Positions 43,504-53,610 of a stretch of 64,000 nucleotides of DNA are shown here, piece by piece; the stretch's first letter is position 1, and each line of letters opens with the position of its first letter. This DNA is from Candidatus Nomurabacteria bacterium (GTDB lineage: Bacteria; Patescibacteriota; Minisyncoccia; Phycocordibacterales; JAACPR01). A model generated the notes under the pieces. It was not told the DNA's origin. It did not search any database and saw nothing but the letters and a program-made list of their open reading frames with translations. The DNA lies in contig JACKFZ010000006.1 of NCBI GenBank assembly GCA_020632215.1, positions 12,574 through 76,573 on the forward strand, read 5' to 3'. Both the position numbers and the translations under genes were made by a program.

Positions 43504-43911
43504 TTACTCTGTATTTGTTGTATCCCCCGTTGTTTGATCAGCGTCATCAGCAGTATTATCCTGAGGAATCTCAATGGTAGTGCTATTGCCTAGGTTAACT
43601 CCCAAAGGAGCGAATGGATTGCTTCGACCAACAGGTTCTGGGGTCAGAACCTGACTTCTGTCTACTAAACTTCTATAAACTGGGTCTTCAAAAATTTGCC
43701 CATCTAATTTCAAGGTTTCTATCTGATTCAAAGCTTGGATTATTTCTGAACCAATAGCTTCAGCTCCAGAAGGAGAATTAACCGTACTCTTTATTAAAGC
43801 AGTATTGCTACTGCCTCCAGTAAAATAAAGAAAGACGAAAAATAGAACTATCGCTATGCCTACAATTATTATTATTTTTTTATATTTTCTAATCATAATT
43901 ATCGAAGCCAA
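43504..43911 (-). CDS. hypothetical membrane-anchored protein in the pilus cluster (PilP-like?)
   Basis: Single N-terminal transmembrane segment. Position between pilO-like and pilB. Confidence 0.35.
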   Translation of the reverse strand: MASIIMIRKYKKIIIIVGIAIVLFFVFLYFTGGSSNTALIKSTVNSPSGAEAIGSEIIQALNQIETLKLDGQIFEDPVYRSLVDRSQVLTPEPVGRSNPFAPLGVNLGNSTTIEIPQDNTADDADQTTGDTTNTE

Positions 43912-44447
43912 TATGTATTAAGAGTAACACCAAAATTCATAAACTGCCCATTGTCACCATCAATTGTTAATTTTTCAACATCAACCACTCTTAGGGCCTC
44001 TTCCAAATCTTTCAAAAATTCTAGAAAAACATCATAGGTAGAAGTCATTGAAAAACTTAAAGTGATGATTCCTATCTCATTTGAGAGTTCAGGCTGAACT
44101 TTTTTACTATCTGGTTTCTCTTCTTCTTGGCCACCAGAGACCGCTATATTTCTAATGGTAATTCCATAGGTCTCAGCGATATTGTTAATATCTAAAATCA
44201 GACGAACATTATCGACAGTATTTGGTAGTAACTTTTGTAATTGTTCCTTTTCACTAGCACTAATACTATTAAAGGATGCGTGCAATTTATCTCTTTTACT
44301 TTGTAAATCTTGAGATAATCCTAGAAGAGTATCGTTATCGGCTTTAGAATTTTGCAAATCCTTAATCTGTTTATATTGTGGGTCAATAAATAAGAAAAAG
44401 AGAGCGATGGCGATGATTATTAAAATGATTGGTGTGTACTTTTTCAT
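43899..44447 (-). CDS. PilO-like pilus assembly protein
   Basis: N-terminal transmembrane segment plus coiled coil, and its position in the pilMNO block. Confidence 0.45.
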   Translation of the reverse strand: MKKYTPIILIIIAIALFFLFIDPQYKQIKDLQNSKADNDTLLGLSQDLQSKRDKLHASFNSISASEKEQLQKLLPNTVDNVRLILDINNIAETYGITIRNIAVSGGQEEEKPDSKKVQPELSNEIGIITLSFSMTSTYDVFLEFLKDLEEALRVVDVEKLTIDGDNGQFMNFGVTLNTYWLR

Positions 44448-44449
44448 AA

Positions 44450-45130
44450 TTATTGTTGACTATTACCAAAAACTCCCAGATCATTAGCGGGCTGAGTGTT
44501 TTGACTATTATCTTCAGCAGTAGGAGTATTGTCTATCGGTACTAGATTTTTTCTAAACAAAACTAATTGAGGATCAATAGAGACAGACAGTTTAAAATTA
44601 ACATTGCCATCATCATTGGGCTCTAAACCATCAAATATTAAGTCTCTCATATAACCACTTTGATCAAATTTATCAGATTGCAGAACAACCGACTTGAAAC
44701 TATCAGCTTCTCCAGTAGCGGTTACTTTCAAAGCACCATCTCCCCCATCAGCAAAAACAAAACTTTTGAAAGAAACTGTTTGCAAAGTGAATTTTTCTAA
44801 TAAGTCAAAAATAGCAGATGGAGATAAGTGGTTATTTAATATCTTATTAGCACTCACAATTCTAGTGTTCAATCTAGTTGCTTCAGAAATAAAACCAGGA
44901 TCAAAGGCTTCTCTAGCTTTTTCTAAAGTTCTTAATTGAAGCTCAATCCTTCCTTTCAAAGTCAGTTTGTAAGCAAAAACTGCAACAGACAACAAGACAG
45001 CAGTGACAAAAATAATAACAGCAACTAGCATAAAGAAGTTAACACCCTTTTCATTTTGTGCCACTTTTTTATCCAAAGAAGGTTGAATTGGTTTCTTTGG
45101 AATAAAAGATGTTTTAAACTGCGGCTCCAT
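44450..45130 (-). CDS. PilN-like pilus assembly protein
   Basis: Single transmembrane segment after a basic N-terminus. Follows pilM. Confidence 0.45.
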   Translation of the reverse strand: MEPQFKTSFIPKKPIQPSLDKKVAQNEKGVNFFMLVAVIIFVTAVLLSVAVFAYKLTLKGRIELQLRTLEKAREAFDPGFISEATRLNTRIVSANKILNNHLSPSAIFDLLEKFTLQTVSFKSFVFADGGDGALKVTATGEADSFKSVVLQSDKFDQSGYMRDLIFDGLEPNDDGNVNFKLSVSIDPQLVLFRKNLVPIDNTPTAEDNSQNTQPANDLGVFGNSQQ

Positions 45131-45204
45131 AATTAAAATTATTATACCATTAAGAGTTTTAAATCTTCTACAAATTAAATAATAAAAGTGTTGATTAGTT
45201 TAGT

Positions 45205-45258
45205 TAGTATTTACTATTTAGTATTTAGTATTTACTATTTACTATTTACTATTTACTA
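45205..45258. repeat. heptanucleotide tandem repeat (TATTTAC / TATTTAG) x7
   Basis: Sequence agtatttactatttagtatttagtatttactatttactatttactatttactag. Confidence 0.8.
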
Positions 45259-46386
45259 GTCAAGTTCTTGCAACTCTCTCAAAGCTAAACCAATAGCAGT
45301 TGAAAATGCTAGTCCTGTATTTTCTAGAACACCTTGCAAAAAAGCAGGAGCTTCTAGACGACCAAATGGTTGTCCGTTTTCTACGGGTATTCCAAGTTGA
45401 TTTTGTGCCTGGTCTTTTAATCCTTTTATCATTGCTCCTCCGCCAACCAAAATAACTTTGCCAATATTTTTGTTACTTTTTTTCTGATAATTCATCATAA
45501 CAGTATTGGTGTCACTAAATATTGGAGACATGACTAACTCAATAATTTGACCGATTTGCTCGTCTTGCTCTCTGGTATTTTTACCAAAGTTTCTTTTTAG
45601 CTTTTCGGAAAAAGAAACATCAACGCCCATGGATTTTGAAATATTAAGCGTAACATCTTGAGAACCTCGATTGATAATATGAGAGTCACGAACAATTCCC
45701 CTCTCTACAATATAGAGTTTAGTTGCTCCAGCACCAATATCGCAGATCATGATTGGCGAATTATCACGCGGATCAATAACAGAACGAATGGTACTAAACA
45801 TTTCTACTTCAAAAAAAGAAGTACTGAGTTTGGCATTAGTAACAATAGAATTAAAGTCATTCAGAACGTTATTATGAATAGCCACAACTAACGCTTCGAA
45901 AAACTCAGTTTTGTTTTCGGCCATTTTGTTTTCATCGTCTTCATTTGCAATTTTAGGAATAATAAACCAGTCAAGAGCTACCTCTGAAATAGGGACCGGT
46001 ATATATTTTCTAGCCTCAATAGGAATCATCTTTGGCAACTGACTTTCATCTAATGTCGGAATTTTCATAACGGAAACCATACTAGACTTCATGGGTATAG
46101 CAACAGCACAATTGGTTGTAGAAGTATTTGCCTCTTTTAATACATCGTTCAGAGCATCGACAATTTGTTCTGGTTTCAGTTTAACAGCTCGTCCGATCTC
46201 TATACCACCATATGGTCCAAGCGCTAATTCACCATAAGTTTCTAGAACAGCTTGACCTTTTCTTCTTCTGATTTGAACAACCTTAATAGAGGCAGATCCA
46301 ATATCAATACCAAGCACACTTTGATCTTCTTTTTTTAAAAAAGATTTAAAGAAATTATGAAATGGATTTTCCATAGCAGTTACCAA
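45256..46386 (-). CDS. pilM: type IV pilus assembly protein PilM (actin-like ATPase)
   Basis: Actin-fold GIDIGSASIKVVQI...DIGAGATK. Confidence 0.75.
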   Translation of the reverse strand: MVTAMENPFHNFFKSFLKKEDQSVLGIDIGSASIKVVQIRRRKGQAVLETYGELALGPYGGIEIGRAVKLKPEQIVDALNDVLKEANTSTTNCAVAIPMKSSMVSVMKIPTLDESQLPKMIPIEARKYIPVPISEVALDWFIIPKIANEDDENKMAENKTEFFEALVVAIHNNVLNDFNSIVTNAKLSTSFFEVEMFSTIRSVIDPRDNSPIMICDIGAGATKLYIVERGIVRDSHIINRGSQDVTLNISKSMGVDVSFSEKLKRNFGKNTREQDEQIGQIIELVMSPIFSDTNTVMMNYQKKSNKNIGKVILVGGGAMIKGLKDQAQNQLGIPVENGQPFGRLEAPAFLQGVLENTGLAFSTAIGLALRELQELD

Positions 46387-46410
46387 ATATTATATCATTG
46401 AGATTATACA

Positions 46411-47067
46411 ATGTCTGGGTATAAGATATTAAAAATAGTGAAAAAAGTTTTTTTCTTTTTAATTGACTCTCTTTTCCCTCTTGATAAATTCTCAACAGAA
46501 TTAACAACATTAGATCTGCAACACTGGTTGGCAGAAGTAACAAAGCATGAACAATACTTCGATAATTTTATATATTCTTTTTTAGATTATAGAAAAGAAA
46601 TTGTTGAAAAAACTATTTGGCAAATGAAATTTAATAGGAATGCAGATGCTCTTCGCCTACTTGGGGAATTTATCAGTCAGGAGATTTTGAAAAAAATAGA
46701 TCGCCAACCCTTCCTCATCATTCCTGTGCCAGTTTTTAAAAATAAAATGAAGAGCAAAGGTTTTAATCATACAGAGTTATTGGTTCAAGAAATTCTTAAA
46801 TATGATCACGACAAAATATTTACCTATCAAAAAGATTTGATTAAAAAAGTTAAAAAGACAAAAGATCAAAAAGAAACTAAAAGTAAAAAAGAGAGGACAG
46901 AAAACCTAAAAAATGCTTTTCAAATTACTAACCCAAAACAAATTGCAAATAAAAATGTCATTATCATAGATGATGTTCACACTACTGGTGCTACTCTGAA
47001 TGAAATGAGAAAGATATTAATGAAAGCTGAAGCAAAGTATGTTATTGCTTTTGTAGTGGCACATTAG
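46411..47067 (+). CDS. ComF-like phosphoribosyltransferase-domain protein
   Basis: C-terminal PRTase motif VIIIDDVHTTGATL. The position beside the pilus genes is consistent with a competence role. Confidence 0.6.
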   Translation: MSGYKILKIVKKVFFFLIDSLFPLDKFSTELTTLDLQHWLAEVTKHEQYFDNFIYSFLDYRKEIVEKTIWQMKFNRNADALRLLGEFISQEILKKIDRQPFLIIPVPVFKNKMKSKGFNHTELLVQEILKYDHDKIFTYQKDLIKKVKKTKDQKETKSKKERTENLKNAFQITNPKQIANKNVIIIDDVHTTGATLNEMRKILMKAEAKYVIAFVVAH

Positions 47068-47096
47068 ATGAATAAAAAGGAAACCACCCGAAGTTT

Positions 47097-47780
47097 CTAA
47101 GACTCAGGTGGTTTATATAAATTATTCTCAATCAAAAAAGTTCTGGTTTTAGACTTCATCCGTTCAAACCGCTTCGACAGAGTATTAGCGTTTACAGGTT
47201 TGGAGAGTTTACGTGCCAAATAATTCACCTTGACCCCCCCAATAAAATGTTGGAAGAAAGCATCGACAATCTCTTTATCATACTCTTCCTTTAAAAAACT
47301 AAGTATATATGGTATGAGATCGTCGAATTCCAAACTAAAAGTCTCCGACACAATCAATGTATCTGCTGGATTCAAGCCATTCGAGAGGAATCCCAATCCT
47401 CCAGAAACATCCGGAAGTTCATACGACACAATCGGCACAAGACGATGCCTCCTAACTTTCTTCCTAACATGATTATTGCAGGTGAAATTTGTCACCTTCT
47501 TAAGCCATGCGCAGAAATTTCCACCGATTACATGAATTTCTGAAATCTTTCGCCAGACAGTAATTGATACTTCTTGAAAGACATCCTCATGATCAGATTT
47601 GTCCCAAACACGTGCACAGATAATTTGTTTCACCATAGGAGCGTAATACGCCATCAACTTATCAAAGTCATGTGTATTTCCATTCTTGGCAGATCTAATG
47701 AGTTGATGCTCTAGTTCTATAGAGAGAGGTTCTGTGTTCATTATTTTGTAAATTTCTAGGGGTTTACTTTGTTCTAACAA
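47097..47780 (-). CDS. sigma-70 family RNA polymerase sigma factor (ECF-like)
   Basis: Region 2 DVFQEVSITVWRKI and a C-terminal helix-turn-helix. Confidence 0.55.
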   Translation of the reverse strand: MLEQSKPLEIYKIMNTEPLSIELEHQLIRSAKNGNTHDFDKLMAYYAPMVKQIICARVWDKSDHEDVFQEVSITVWRKISEIHVIGGNFCAWLKKVTNFTCNNHVRKKVRRHRLVPIVSYELPDVSGGLGFLSNGLNPADTLIVSETFSLEFDDLIPYILSFLKEEYDKEIVDAFFQHFIGGVKVNYLARKLSKPVNANTLSKRFERMKSKTRTFLIENNLYKPPES

Positions 47781-47815
47781 AGAACCCTATCAAATTTTTT
47801 ACCAAAAAACAAAGT

Positions 47816-48694
47816 CTATTTCTTACCCAAAAAATCTCTCAGGTATTCTTCAAAATCTTTTTTCAAATCTTCCCTATCAAATGCAAATTCCACAGAAGCC
47901 TTTAGAAAGTTCAATGGATCTCCAGTCGTAAACCAATCCCCTTCTATTTTATGAAAAATAACTTTCTCACTTTTTGCCAATTCAATAATGGCATCTGTTA
48001 GCCACAATTCATTATCTTTACCAACAGCTAAACTTTCTATGATTGGTAATATTTTTGGTGTAAACAAGTATCGGCCACAAGCAGCAAGATTTGATGGTGC
48101 TTCATCAACTTTTGGTTTTTCAACAAAAGTTTCAACTTCATTTGTTGTCCCTTCTTTTATTTTTACAATTCCATATTTACTTGTTTCTTCTTGCGGAATT
48201 TCTCTAACACCAATAACAGCAGCTGCATCTGGATTTTGTTCCAAAGCTAATGCAAGCTGTTTACATACTGGCACTTTCGCTCTTGTAATATCATCTCCAA
48301 AAAGATAAAAGAATGGTCCATCAGAAACTATGTCAGCAGAAATTTTTAAAGGAGTTCCGTTTCCATATGGCATTGATGATTTTTGTCTTAGAAAGATAAA
48401 GTTTGCAAGTTCAGCACTTTTTCTCACTTCTGCTAAAAATTTAGTCTTCCCTGTCTTTTCTAATTGATCTTCAAGCTCAAAATGATCATCAAAATGATTC
48501 TCTGTAATGTGTCCAGTTTGTTTGGTCACAATGATAATATCCTTCACCCCAGAATCTGCTAATTCTTCTACTGAGTATTGAATAATAGGCTTGTCTATTA
48601 TTGGCAGCATTTCTTTTGGTTGGGCTTTGGTTGCAGGCAAAAAACGAGTTCCACTTCCCGCTGCTGTAATAATAGCTTTTTTTGGCATTTGCAT
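47816..48694 (-). CDS. galU: UTP--glucose-1-phosphate uridylyltransferase
   Basis: KAIITAAGSGTRFLPATKAQPKEMLPIIDKPIIQY. Confidence 0.85.
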   Translation of the reverse strand: MQMPKKAIITAAGSGTRFLPATKAQPKEMLPIIDKPIIQYSVEELADSGVKDIIIVTKQTGHITENHFDDHFELEDQLEKTGKTKFLAEVRKSAELANFIFLRQKSSMPYGNGTPLKISADIVSDGPFFYLFGDDITRAKVPVCKQLALALEQNPDAAAVIGVREIPQEETSKYGIVKIKEGTTNEVETFVEKPKVDEAPSNLAACGRYLFTPKILPIIESLAVGKDNELWLTDAIIELAKSEKVIFHKIEGDWFTTGDPLNFLKASVEFAFDREDLKKDFEEYLRDFLGKK

Positions 48695-48804
48695 GGTAAA
48701 AGCGATTCTATATTATTTTCACTAAATTATCTAGTCAGAAAATTTGCGGGCTACCCCGAGCCGGAACCGTATATGCCGTGTTATATGATGTTGTGCTGTT
48801 TTTT

Positions 48805-49494
48805 TCAATCAATAAACCTGAATGTTTTAATTATCCCCAAGTGAGAGTCATCATAATCTTGGAAACTAATTATATAAGATTTATTGGCTCGAGAAATAAA
48901 TATAAAACTTTGGTCAAGTCCTATTGCGGTTGTCATCACTAGTTTATTGCTACTAATACCATTGAGAGTATAGCTTTCTTGGCTAACTATCGAGCCACCA
49001 TAATAAGAAGGATTGTCTTTATACTCTTCGAGAAATTGCTCCAAAGTTTTATCTTCAACAGAAATCACTACTGATCCACCTCCTTCTGGCATTTGTCGCC
49101 ACCCAGGATATGAAATATAAACTTCGCCTTCCTTGTATCCCGTAACTTCCCAGTCGCAAGGATAGTCAACACTATAGCCGAACTCCTCATCGCTGTAAGT
49201 TTTCCAATTACCAGGCGTTACGGATACAGGTGAAGTTTGCTTTTTATCCTCTTCTTCCCGAGTGGCAACAGATTGCTCTTGTTTCATTGCATCCTGTAAT
49301 TCTTTAATTTGATTTTGTAAAGTAGTGATTTCTGTCTGTAACGATTGCTCAGTTTTATTTAGTGAGGTTTTTTGCCAAGCATAAACTGCGCCACCAACAA
49401 CAAGTGCTGTGATTAGTATAAAAGGAACAATCGTTATAATAGTTTTCGAACCAACAACAGGCTCGTTCGGTTGTGGAAGATTTTCGTTGTCCAT
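48805..49494 (-). CDS. hypothetical membrane-anchored protein
   Basis: Transmembrane segment followed by a coiled coil. Confidence 0.4.
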   Translation of the reverse strand: MDNENLPQPNEPVVGSKTIITIVPFILITALVVGGAVYAWQKTSLNKTEQSLQTEITTLQNQIKELQDAMKQEQSVATREEEDKKQTSPVSVTPGNWKTYSDEEFGYSVDYPCDWEVTGYKEGEVYISYPGWRQMPEGGGSVVISVEDKTLEQFLEEYKDNPSYYGGSIVSQESYTLNGISSNKLVMTTAIGLDQSFIFISRANKSYIISFQDYDDSHLGIIKTFRFID

Positions 49495-49651
49495 ATTATT
49501 TTAATTAATTGATTAGATTATAAGTGAAAGAAAAATTCAGCACAACATCATATAAAACAAGTATAAATACAGGTAATCAACCCAAGGTTAAAGAATATCA
49601 AAAGCCCATTATAAAATTGTGATTAGATCACTCCGATACTTTGTTTTTACT

Positions 49652-49845
49652 GCGGTGTTTTTTGAACGAAGTTCGAACATTTTTTGAGCAAAACCTTGAA
49701 AACTAATTTGGACTCGGCGGGGCAAACTATTTTTCTGGGGAAATGGAATTGCCCCGCCTCGGCTTTCTTCCCGCCCGCAGGAGGGGTCTGGGGAGGAATG
49801 CGGGCGGGATTTTGAACCTTTCCTTTTTCGCTTCCGAATTTCGTG
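49652..49845 (-). repeat. copy 1 (inverted) of the ~194-bp GC-rich structured repeat A
   Basis: Reverse complement is identical to 58467..58659 along the portion compared by eye (the ~130-bp core). Contains two long GC hairpins (tcccgcccgca...tgcgggcggga and gaggcggggcaa...ttgccccgcc). The track ORF 49647..49868 is most likely not coding. Confidence 0.8.
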
Positions 49846-49868
49846 CCAGTTGAAAACTGGCGCGCCAC

Positions 49869-50459
49869 CTAATAATACTTCAATTTTGAATAATGCAATT
49901 TGTCGTGTGCTTCAAACAATATCTTGATCGCTTTTTTTGCATTTTTTTCTATTTCATTTTGTAAAACACTTGATTCAGTCCACATAAACGCATTTTTTAT
50001 TGAATCTTTAAATTGCGGTCTCGTTCCTTTTTTGTCTGTTGTGTTTTCTTTGCTTATCCCGTGAACAAATTCATTCCTTAAATCAAAAAGCGTCACTAAT
50101 TTTTCAAATAAATCTTGATCAATAATTTTCTTGTTTTTTGCGGCTTCTAAAATTTTCCATCCAGTTTTTGTTTTCGCCGTTTCTTCATCAACTGGATTTT
50201 GATATGGCAAATCAAGCAATTTTGCAAGTTGTCGCTCTATTGTTACGGCGCACATTATAATACTTGCCACAAAATCGCCCACCAAAAAGGCGTGGCGCGC
50301 TTCTTCAAAGCAGGAATGAACATCGGGAGAAGAAAGATAGTCTTCATTTTCTGGGTTGTAATTGTCCAAAAGAAAACGCAAGCGCTCTTTTACCTCTTTT
50401 TCGTTACTCCGGATATAATCTTTCCAATACTGATCAATTTGTGTTTGGGTGTAGTGCAT
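49869..50459 (-). CDS. HEPN-motif protein (putative RNase) co-operonic with type I R-M
   Basis: R-x4-H signature RNEFVHG at residues ~129-135 of 196. Start codon lies 3 nt after the hsdR stop. No other domain recognised. Confidence 0.45.
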   Translation of the reverse strand: MHYTQTQIDQYWKDYIRSNEKEVKERLRFLLDNYNPENEDYLSSPDVHSCFEEARHAFLVGDFVASIIMCAVTIERQLAKLLDLPYQNPVDEETAKTKTGWKILEAAKNKKIIDQDLFEKLVTLFDLRNEFVHGISKENTTDKKGTRPQFKDSIKNAFMWTESSVLQNEIEKNAKKAIKILFEAHDKLHYSKLKYY

Positions 50460-50461
50460 AA

Positions 50462-53400
50462 TTAGATATCGGTGTATTTTTTAAAATTTTCCGCTTGCTC
50501 AAATATTTCTTTAAACACCTCATCTTTTGGCACAGGAGGATAGCCATTTTTATCAAGCGTAAGAATTAAATCAACTTTCAATTCGGCTTTGATATTATCT
50601 CTAGCTGACCAATCTGTGTATCTGGCTTTATCGTCGACAATTTTTTTAATCTCTTGCGACAATATAATCAATTTATCTTCGGGATATTCAAATTTATATT
50701 TTTCAGCAACTGCCTTCAAAATATCGTAAAAGGCTTTTTCTTCAAAATCTATCCCTAACCCTTCAAAAGATTTTCTTTCTTCTTGTAGTTGCTTGAATAG
50801 ATCAGCAAATTTATCTGCCACATCATCCAAAACATGACTTTGAAATACGTCAAAATCTTTTCGTTCGTTATAAAGTTCAATAAGTTTTTTTAGTTTCTTT
50901 GAAAAATCAACACCTTTAATTCGGTTTGTCTTCTTAAACTCATTAATAGCTTTTGCTAAAAGTTTTTGTAATAGTTTGATTTTCGTGTTTGGCAATTTAA
51001 TTTTTTCAATTTTTGCCAAATATTCATCACTAAAAATATCTGCGTTATTTTCCGGTTTGTTTTTATCAAGTTTAAATATTTCTTCTACTCCTTCACTAAT
51101 CAATGCTTCTTGTATCATCTGACGCACTTTTTCATTCATTTGTGCGGTATCCGGCGCATCTCCCTTGGTTAGTTTGTGAATAATTGATTTAATGGCAAAA
51201 TAAAAATGAATATAGTCTCGTTCAATCTGCGAAATTTTCTCACTTGCACAACAAAGATCATAAGCAGACCGCAACTTCTTCGTTATAGACATGAAGCGAT
51301 TCTCTAAATCAGCCGTAACTTGAACAAATTCAGCTGACCGATTCAAGCAATTCAATTTTTCCAAAGGAGAACCCTCAAAAAAAGGCTTGGTATCAAATCC
51401 ATGAAATAATTTTGAAAGCAAGTCGAGTTGATCTTTCACAATCCCCACCGCTTTATCTGCATCTGCAAAATCATCGCCATGCACCTTACTATATTTTGCA
51501 AGAGCAATATTCATGTTGCTTTTTATTCCAATATAATCAACTACCAAGCCAACTTCTTTACCTTCATAAACACGATTGACGCGAGAAATTGTTTGAATTA
51601 GTGAATGTTGTTGAACAGGTTTGTCAATATAAATCGCCTCCAAAAAAGGCACATCAAAACCAGTAAGCCACATATCAACGACAATAGCGATTTTGAAATT
51701 TGATTTTGCATTTTTGAACTGGCGATCAAGCTCTTTTCTATCTTCTTTTGTCCCTAGCATGTCATACAGCGCTTTTTCATCATCCTTATTGCGAGTCATC
51801 ACCATTTTAATCTTCTCAATTGGCTTGATTTCTCGCTTTTCCTCTGTAGTGAGTTTTGCGCCTTCCTCGCATGCTTTAATTTCCCCCCATTCTGGTCTAA
51901 GTGAAATCACTTCTTTATAAAAATCGTAAGCAATCGGTCGGCTAGAGCAGACGAACATAACTTTACCTTTGACGCTTGCTCCTTCCTCAATTCGCTTTTC
52001 ATAATGTTCAACAAAATCTGTCGCTAAAAGTTTCAATCTCTTTGGATCACCCAAAATAACTTCCATCTGCGCTACAGCTTTTTTGCTTTCTTCTATTTGA
52101 TATTCATTTGCTCCTTCTTCTGCGCATTTGGCATAGTACTCTTCAATTTCCTTCAATTTAGCCTCATTTAATAGAACCTTCGCTGCTCGTCCTTCATAAA
52201 CAATTCTCACGGTAATTTCATCTTCTACCGATTCTTTCATTGTGTAGGCGTCGGCAACTTCACCAAAAACAGACAATGTGCCGTCAATCGGCGTACCGGT
52301 TACGCCAACATAAGTCGCATTTGGCAAAGAATCATGGAGGTATTTTGCAAACCCATATTTAACTTCCACACCCTTATCGGTAACCTTTAATTTTTGATCA
52401 AGATTTATCTGTGTTCGGTGTGCCTCATCGGAAATACAAATAACATTTGGCCTATCAGTCAAAAGCTCCGTATCTTCAGTAAATTTTTGAATCGTTGTAA
52501 GGTATACACCACCACCTTTGATACCTTGTAAGTGTTTTCGCAAATCAGCACGACTTTCAACGCTCAAAATCTTTTCTTCATTGATAAAGTTTTTGGCATT
52601 GGTAAATTGCTCAGACAATTGATCGTCCAAATCGGTTCTATCGGTAATGAGTACAATTGTCGGGCTAGATAATTCAACGCTCTTCATCAAGAGGCGTGAT
52701 AAATACAACATCGCAAAACTTTTACCCGATCCAGTCGCTCCAAAATATGTTCCACCTTTTCCGCTTCCGGTTGGCTTCATGTTCACCTTTATGCTTTCAT
52801 AGAGCTTTCGAGCGGCGTAATATTGCGGATAACGACAAACGATTTTTGCTTCGCTTTTTGAAGTGTCGGGGAAGTAGATAAAATTATGAATAACATCAAG
52901 TAGCCTGTTTTTGTCAAACAATCCTTTAATCAAGGTATAGAGTGAATCAATACCCTCACTTGGTTCATCAGTATTATTTACTTTTCTCCACGCGTAGAAA
53001 AAATCATAAGGTGAGAACAAAGACCCCATTTTGTTATTCACGCCATCGCTTATGACGCAAAAAGCGTTGTATTTCAGAAGTTCAGGAATATCTCGGCGAT
53101 AACGAACGGTCAATTGAGTATAGGCGTCTTTAATCGTGCAATTTTCTTTGACGGCACTTTTGAATTCAAAAACCACCAAAGGCAAGCCGTTTATATACAC
53201 GATTCCATCAGGAATTCTTTTTTCAGTTCCTTGAATTTCTAATTGATTAACAATTTTGAATATGTTATTCGAAGCAGTTTCAAAATCCAAGAGTTCAATA
53301 TAAATATCTTTTTGACTGCGATCTTCTCTTTTGAGAGTAAAGCCGTCAGCAATCAAACGAATAATATCCCTGTTGCTTTCATACAGCGCCGAGCTTGGAT

Positions 53401-53608
53401 AGAGATCGAGTTTTCGCAAAATTGAATCAATTTCATTTTGCGTTATACCAACACCCGCATATCTATTTTGAAGAAACGCACGCAAATCGTCACGCAGCAA
53501 AACATCACTCATTTCTTTGTGAATGGTTTCTCCGTGATGGTGCGGGATATCCACTTCTCCAAAAAGTTCTATAACCGCTTGTTCTAATGTTTCTTCAGTA
53601 AATTTCAT
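50462..53608 (-). CDS. hsdR: type I restriction enzyme R subunit
   Basis: Walker A GATGSGKS, DEAH box ISDEAHR, helicase motifs, length 1048 aa. Confidence 0.85.
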   Translation of the reverse strand: MKFTEETLEQAVIELFGEVDIPHHHGETIHKEMSDVLLRDDLRAFLQNRYAGVGITQNEIDSILRKLDLYPSSALYESNRDIIRLIADGFTLKREDRSQKDIYIELLDFETASNNIFKIVNQLEIQGTEKRIPDGIVYINGLPLVVFEFKSAVKENCTIKDAYTQLTVRYRRDIPELLKYNAFCVISDGVNNKMGSLFSPYDFFYAWRKVNNTDEPSEGIDSLYTLIKGLFDKNRLLDVIHNFIYFPDTSKSEAKIVCRYPQYYAARKLYESIKVNMKPTGSGKGGTYFGATGSGKSFAMLYLSRLLMKSVELSSPTIVLITDRTDLDDQLSEQFTNAKNFINEEKILSVESRADLRKHLQGIKGGGVYLTTIQKFTEDTELLTDRPNVICISDEAHRTQINLDQKLKVTDKGVEVKYGFAKYLHDSLPNATYVGVTGTPIDGTLSVFGEVADAYTMKESVEDEITVRIVYEGRAAKVLLNEAKLKEIEEYYAKCAEEGANEYQIEESKKAVAQMEVILGDPKRLKLLATDFVEHYEKRIEEGASVKGKVMFVCSSRPIAYDFYKEVISLRPEWGEIKACEEGAKLTTEEKREIKPIEKIKMVMTRNKDDEKALYDMLGTKEDRKELDRQFKNAKSNFKIAIVVDMWLTGFDVPFLEAIYIDKPVQQHSLIQTISRVNRVYEGKEVGLVVDYIGIKSNMNIALAKYSKVHGDDFADADKAVGIVKDQLDLLSKLFHGFDTKPFFEGSPLEKLNCLNRSAEFVQVTADLENRFMSITKKLRSAYDLCCASEKISQIERDYIHFYFAIKSIIHKLTKGDAPDTAQMNEKVRQMIQEALISEGVEEIFKLDKNKPENNADIFSDEYLAKIEKIKLPNTKIKLLQKLLAKAINEFKKTNRIKGVDFSKKLKKLIELYNERKDFDVFQSHVLDDVADKFADLFKQLQEERKSFEGLGIDFEEKAFYDILKAVAEKYKFEYPEDKLIILSQEIKKIVDDKARYTDWSARDNIKAELKVDLILTLDKNGYPPVPKDEVFKEIFEQAENFKKYTDI

Positions 53609-53610
53609 AA

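Noticed and set aside
43503-43574. 24-codon N-terminal extension of pilB (MRFLRIILLMTLIKQRGIQQIQSK)
   Set aside because: Overlaps the end of the upstream gene and lacks a ribosome-binding site. The MSIVEFF start at 43502 fits PilB N-termini.
49652-49845. Repeat A as a known structured RNA (tmRNA, RNase P, 6S, group II intron domain)
   Set aside because: None of the conserved signatures I can recall are present (tmRNA tag ORF with T-arm and ACCA, RNase P P4 GGAAAGUCCGG, or group II intron domain V). The comparison was made from memory only.
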